The translations under genes and the position numbers were made by a program. Under the pieces are notes generated by a model. The model was not told the DNA's origin. It saw only the letters and a program-made list of their open reading frames with translations, and did no database searches. A stretch of 64,000 bases of DNA from an uncultured Thermoleophilia bacterium (GTDB lineage Bacteria; Actinomycetota; Thermoleophilia; UBA2241), in contig CAVQSP010000014.1 of assembly GCA_963715985.1 (NCBI GenBank), positions 288,001 through 352,000 on the forward strand. The letters run 5' to 3'. How positions within the stretch are numbered: position 1 is the first letter of the stretch; each line of letters starts with the position of its first letter. Shown here piece by piece: positions 60,059 to 64,000 of this stretch.

Positions 60059-60147
60059 GTCCAGCAAGCGCATCGACCCGACGTGCCCAAGCCTTCTGTA
60101 GTGACCTCAGACCGCAGCCCGCTCAGGCCATGCGCGGTGCGATAGAC
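60059..60147 (+). repeat. attC17
   Basis: R'' GTCCAGC, GCGCATCGACC ... GGCCATGCGCGGTGC, R' GATAGAC; same family as attC13. Confidence 0.7.
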
Positions 60148-60174
60148 CGCCCACTCAAGCCAGACGACTCGCCC

Positions 60175-60570
60175 TCAGCTCGCGGCCTTGCGCACGATGG
60201 CGGCGAGCTTGGCCTCGGTCGCGTCGTCCAGCGCGGTGAAGAACCAGGCCGATTCACGGAGCTGGTGCGGCGCGCCCTCCTCGAGGCTGAGGTTCGCCTT
60301 GTCGGTGAGGCCGAACGTCATGTATGTGTCCGCGCGGAAGAAGCAGACGACCGGACCGTCCTTCGCGTACGCCGGCATGCCGTACCACGTGGTCGCCTGC
60401 AGAACGGGCGCGCTGCGCAGGACGAGTGCGTGGAGACGCTCGCCCATGGCGCCGTAGGGTTCCGGCATCGCGGCGATCTTCGCGAGCGCTGCAGCCTCGC
60501 TGTCACCCTTCTTCACAGCCGGCTTCGCGGCCTTCTTCCTCGCCTCTTTGCCCGCCTTGTTCTCAGCCAT
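60175..60570 (-). CDS. Cassette 18 (reverse): DUF1801/YdhG-like protein
   Basis: TWYGMPAYAKDG.VVCFF...Y.TFG..D.ANL. Confidence 0.8.
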   Translation of the reverse strand: MAENKAGKEARKKAAKPAVKKGDSEAAALAKIAAMPEPYGAMGERLHALVLRSAPVLQATTWYGMPAYAKDGPVVCFFRADTYMTFGLTDKANLSLEEGAPHQLRESAWFFTALDDATEAKLAAIVRKAAS

Positions 60571-60733
60571 TGCTACTCCCGCTTCCGGTGTCTTGTCGTT
60601 GGGGCTCCAAGTCCGGTTGCCGCTCGGACCCGCGATCGGGGTCGCGGCATCTCACGGAGCTCGTATGTGATACCCGCACGGCTCGGTGGCCAAGAGCACC
60701 GCTCGCCCGGAGGCTCGCGGCACGCCGGTGGCC

Positions 60734-60816
60734 GTCCGACAGGCGCATCGAGCGGACGGCGCACGCTACACTGGTCCCATCGCGCGTGAGCGCCGCTCAT
60801 CCGTGGTGCGTTCGAC
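60734..60816 (+). repeat. attC18
   Basis: R'' GTCCGAC, GCATCGAGCGG ... CCGCTCATCC, R' GTTCGAC. Confidence 0.78.
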
Positions 60817-60847
60817 AGACCCAAGACCCTCGGCAGGAGAGGACTCC

Positions 60848-61835
60848 GTGTCCGTTCAGCCTGACATCCATCGCCACGTGTGCGTCTTCGGCGTCGGCGG
60901 CGTCGGCGGCTACTTCGGCGGCCGACTCGCGTGGTGGCTGGCGAGTCAGACTGCTCCGACCTGGCACGTCCATTTCGTCGCGCGTGGCGCGCATCTGGCC
61001 GCGATCGACAGTCGCGGTCTTGAGCTGGACACTCCCGGCGCGCGGCTGACGTGCGTGCCTGCTTCTGCGTCTTCGGACATGAAGCGCTTGCCCGTTCCCG
61101 ACGTGGTGCTGCTGTGCGTCAAGGGCTACGGCCTGGACGAGGCGCTGCGGCAGATCGCCGCCCACTGCGGCGAGGACGCCGTGGTCATCCCGCTGCTGAA
61201 CGGCGTGGACATCCACGAGAGGATCCGCGTTCATCTCCCCAAGGCTCGCGTGCTTCCCGCGTGCGTCTTCGTCGGCACTCACGTGGACCGGCCCGGGGTC
61301 GTCTCACAGGCGGGCGGCGACGGGGTCATCGTCCTCGGCGGCGACCCCGATGACCCTGACTTCGTGCCGGTGTCGTTCCTCTCGCTGCTCGAAGATGCCG
61401 GCATCCGTTTCACCTGGTTCGACGACCCCCGCCCCGCGATCTGGGAGAAGTACGTGTTCATCTCGGCGCTTCGGGCTGGTGACCGCCGCTTCGCGGAAGA
61501 CCCTCGGCGCTGTCCTCACAGACGCCCGTCTCCTCGAGGATGCTCGCGAGATCATGCGCGAGGTCGCCAGTCTCGCGGTTCGCGAGGGTGTCGTTCTCGA
61601 TCCCGAAGTCGTCTCCACTGCCGTGGCCAAGGCACGTGGATTCCCCTTCGAGACAAAGACGTCGTTTCAGCGAGACGTGGAGTCGGGGGGCCAGGACGAA
61701 GGTGACCTGTTCGGGGGTACGATCCTTCGTCTGGGGAGGCGGCACGGGGTGCCCACCCCGACGACACAGCGCGTCTACGCTCAGGTGCGTGAGGGCGCAA
61801 CAGGGGCACTCTCGGCCGAGCGCAGCTCCGGGTAG
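60848..61835 (+). CDS. Cassette 19: ketopantoate reductase (ApbA/PanE) family protein, frameshift near 61465
   Basis: GVGGVGGYFG, ARGAHL, CVKGY, LNGVD, WEKY, TSFQRD...E.D.FGG. Confidence 0.85.
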
Positions 61836-61892
61836 AATCCGCACATGGCGGTGACCCCCACGTGTCATAGGCCTCGGGACCAAGGAAGAGAA

Positions 61893-62297
61893 ATGGGCGT
61901 GAAGAAGAGCGGATCGCAGGAGAGCACGTCTCCTTCGCAGCTGATAGACGCGAGGATCAAGGAGCTGGGCGACTGGCGTGGCGAGATGCTCGGCCGGCTC
62001 CGCACCTTGGTCAAGGAGGCCGATCCCGAGATCATCGAGGAGTGGAAGTGGAGAGGAGTCCCGGTCTGGTACCACGACGGGATGGTCTGCACCGGCGAGA
62101 CCTACAAGGACCATGTGAAGATGACCTTCGCCAAGGGCGCGGCTCTGGAGGATCCTTCGGGTCTCTTCAACTCCGGTCTCGACGGGAACGTCAGGCGGGC
62201 CATCGACTTCCATGAGGGCGAGCAGATAGACGAGCAGGCGTTGAAGACTCTCGTTCGCGCCGCCGTCACTCTGAACAAGTCCACAGCCCGAAGCTGA
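61893..62297 (+). CDS. DUF1801 domain protein
   Basis: LIDARIKELGDWRG, EEWKWRGVPVW, FAKGAAL.DP.GLFN. Confidence 0.88.
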   Translation: MGVKKSGSQESTSPSQLIDARIKELGDWRGEMLGRLRTLVKEADPEIIEEWKWRGVPVWYHDGMVCTGETYKDHVKMTFAKGAALEDPSGLFNSGLDGNVRRAIDFHEGEQIDEQALKTLVRAAVTLNKSTARS

Positions 62298-62337
62298 TCC
62301 ACGGACTGGCGATAGGCCGCAAGGCCCGCCCATTGAC

Positions 62338-62421
62338 GCCTGACAAGCGCCTCGCGCGGGCGGCCGGAGCCTGAAGCCACCTGTAGGCGCGTAGGCCGCC
62401 GTCAAGGCACTCGCGTCCGAC
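62338..62421 (+). repeat. attC19, degenerate terminal site
   Basis: Left end GCCTGACAAGCGC matches attC5; right arm eroded, possible R' GTCCGAC. Confidence 0.45.
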
Positions 62422-62514
62422 GAGCGTGCCGCTCCTACCGCGCGGCAAGGCTCACCGCCGGAGAGTCGCTCCGGCCTGCGCTAGGGTGTCCGTATCACTT
62501 GCTCGCAGTCGCCG

Positions 62515-62551
62515 TTGCACGATACGATATCGACTTGTCATCAGTCGATAT
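62515..62551 (+). promoter_or_regulatory. Putative promoter with palindromic operator upstream of the MFS gene
   Basis: TTGCAC at 62515; ATATCGACT-N7-AGTCGATAT at 62527-62551. Confidence 0.5.
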
Positions 62552-62569
62552 GGCAACCCCGCACACCGG

Positions 62570-63901
62570 ATGCGACCCACGGACGACGCCTCGACACGCA
62601 TCACCATCTCGGTCAGCTTCTACCGCGGCTGGCTGGTCACGTTCGCTGCGGCGGGGATGGGCCTCGTGCTCGGCATCCTGTACGTGTGGAGTGTGGTGAG
62701 GGCCGGCATCCCCGCCTCGTGGGGCTGGAGCAAGGCCGACATGGCCCTTCCGTACTCCACGATGTGCGCCTTCTTCGCGATCACGATGATCCCGGCCGGC
62801 CGGCTCCAGGACCGTTTCGGGCCGCGCATCGCGCTGCTCGTGGGCGGGTCTCTCGCCGGCCTCGGGTGTGTGGTGTGCGGGCTCGGAGGCTCGTCGCTGG
62901 CCGTGTACGTCGTCGGCTTCGGCCTGCTCACGGGCAGCGGCGTCGGCTTCGGCTACGCCGCCACCACGCCGGCGTCGCTCAAATGGTTCCCGCCCGAACG
63001 CACAGGGCTCATCGCCGGCATCGTGGTGGCCGGCTTCGGCCTCGCGCCGGTCGTGCTCGCGCCCCTGTCTGCCTGGCTGCTGGACGCCTTCGCCACCACG
63101 ACGGCGGCCGGGACTGTGGAGAAGGGCGTCCCGGCCACCATGATCGCCCTCGGCGTGCTCATCTGGGCGGTGGTCGGCGGGCTTTCGCTGTTCGTGCGCA
63201 ACCCGCCCGAGGGTCTGCTGCTGGACCCGCCACACGCCCGCCGGCAGGTCGCGGGGCGGCCGGTCGCGGCCGACTTCTCGTGGCAGGCCATGCTTCGCAC
63301 CGCTCAGTTCTGGCTGCTCTTCACCATGTACTTCTTCGGCGCCGCCGCGGGGCTCATGTTCATCTCCGTGGCCTCGGACCTCGGCAAGCACGCCCTGGGC
63401 ACGCTGGCCTTTCTGGCGGTGGTGGTGCTCGCCGTGGGCAACAGCAGCGGCCGCATCCTCGCCGGCGTGGTGTCCGACAGGATCGGCCGCCAGTGGACGC
63501 TGCTCGCCGAGTTCGTGTGCCAGGGTGTGGTGGTCGCCGCGCTCTACGAGCTCAGTGGAAGCGGCGGCACGTGGCCGGCCGTCCTCGCCGTGGTCTTCCT
63601 GCTCGGCTTCAACTACGGGGCCAACCTGGCCGTCTTCCCGGCCGTCTGCAAGGACTACTTCGGCCTCCGCGACTTCGGGCTCAACTACGGCTGCCTCTTC
63701 GCCGCCTTCGGCACGGCCGGGCTCATCATGCCGTGGCTCAACGGCTTCATCCAGGATGCCACCGGCTCCTCGGACCTGTCGTACGCTCTCGTCGTCGGCC
63801 TCATGGCCCTCGCCGCCGTGCTGGCCGTCGTGAGCCGTCTCGTCGGCCGGCCCCGCCTGCGCCCGGTGCCGGCCGGGCTTCCCGATGCAGGAGTGCGGTA
63901 G
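62570..63901 (+). CDS. OFA (oxalate/formate antiporter)-family MFS transporter
   Basis: YVWSV, GRLQDRFGPR, KWFPPERTGL..G, GVVSDRIGR, DYFG...FG.NYG. Confidence 0.88.
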   Translation: MRPTDDASTRITISVSFYRGWLVTFAAAGMGLVLGILYVWSVVRAGIPASWGWSKADMALPYSTMCAFFAITMIPAGRLQDRFGPRIALLVGGSLAGLGCVVCGLGGSSLAVYVVGFGLLTGSGVGFGYAATTPASLKWFPPERTGLIAGIVVAGFGLAPVVLAPLSAWLLDAFATTTAAGTVEKGVPATMIALGVLIWAVVGGLSLFVRNPPEGLLLDPPHARRQVAGRPVAADFSWQAMLRTAQFWLLFTMYFFGAAAGLMFISVASDLGKHALGTLAFLAVVVLAVGNSSGRILAGVVSDRIGRQWTLLAEFVCQGVVVAALYELSGSGGTWPAVLAVVFLLGFNYGANLAVFPAVCKDYFGLRDFGLNYGCLFAAFGTAGLIMPWLNGFIQDATGSSDLSYALVVGLMALAAVLAVVSRLVGRPRLRPVPAGLPDAGVR

Positions 63902-64000
63902 ATGGCCATCGTCACGATCTCGAGGGGCACGTACACCGGCGGCATCGCCGTGGCCGAGGCGCTCGCCGCCGAGCTCGGCCACCCCTGCGTGAGCCGCGAG
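63902..64000 (+). CDS. Cytidylate kinase-like family protein, partial
   Basis: MAIVTISRGTYTGG..VAE.LA.ELG.PCVSRE. Confidence 0.7.
   Translation, partial: MAIVTISRGTYTGGIAVAEALAAELGHPCVSRE

Larger units (their letters stand above)
42284..62421 (+). mobile_element. Chromosomal integron: intI, candidate attI and an array of about 19 gene cassettes
   Basis: Integron integrase followed by regularly spaced 80-92 bp attC palindromes, each after one to four genes. Confidence 0.9.

Noticed and set aside
44546-62421. Array palindromes read as CRISPR repeats or plain terminators
   Set aside because: They separate whole genes, show R''-L''-L'-R' structure with an extrahelical base, lack U-tracts and follow an IntI gene

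Overview
A high-GC chromosomal window, probably from a deep-branching actinobacterium such as Thermoleophilia. That host is inferred from composition and the mtaB-yqeY-phoH-ybeY-dgkA-cdd-era order, not shown. The first 42 kb is mostly housekeeping and envelope genes. It includes tRNA-Leu(CAA), a Dlt/AlgI-like acyl-transfer operon (ACP, DltX-like peptide, acyl-AMP ligase, MBOAT, two SGNH-like proteins), two DUF294 nucleotidyltransferases each paired with EndoIV-like TIM barrels, three MoxR/VWA systems, a DAK2-DegV fusion and pntAB. The main feature, at about 42.3-62.4 kb, is a chromosomal integron. Its intI is transcribed toward the array, a BrnT/BrnA module sits between intI and a candidate attI, and about 19 attC sites delimit the cassettes. 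The cassettes include four more TA pairs, Nim-like and YjhP-like genes, and a 5.2-kb four-gene reverse cassette. Most attC sites carry non-canonical core triplets (GAC instead of AAC; GTC, GCT, GCC or GAT instead of GTT), in two cassettes as compensated GTC/GAC pairs. Many genes, including intI, show single-base frameshifts that are probably sequencing errors. All calls were made by eye, with no database search.
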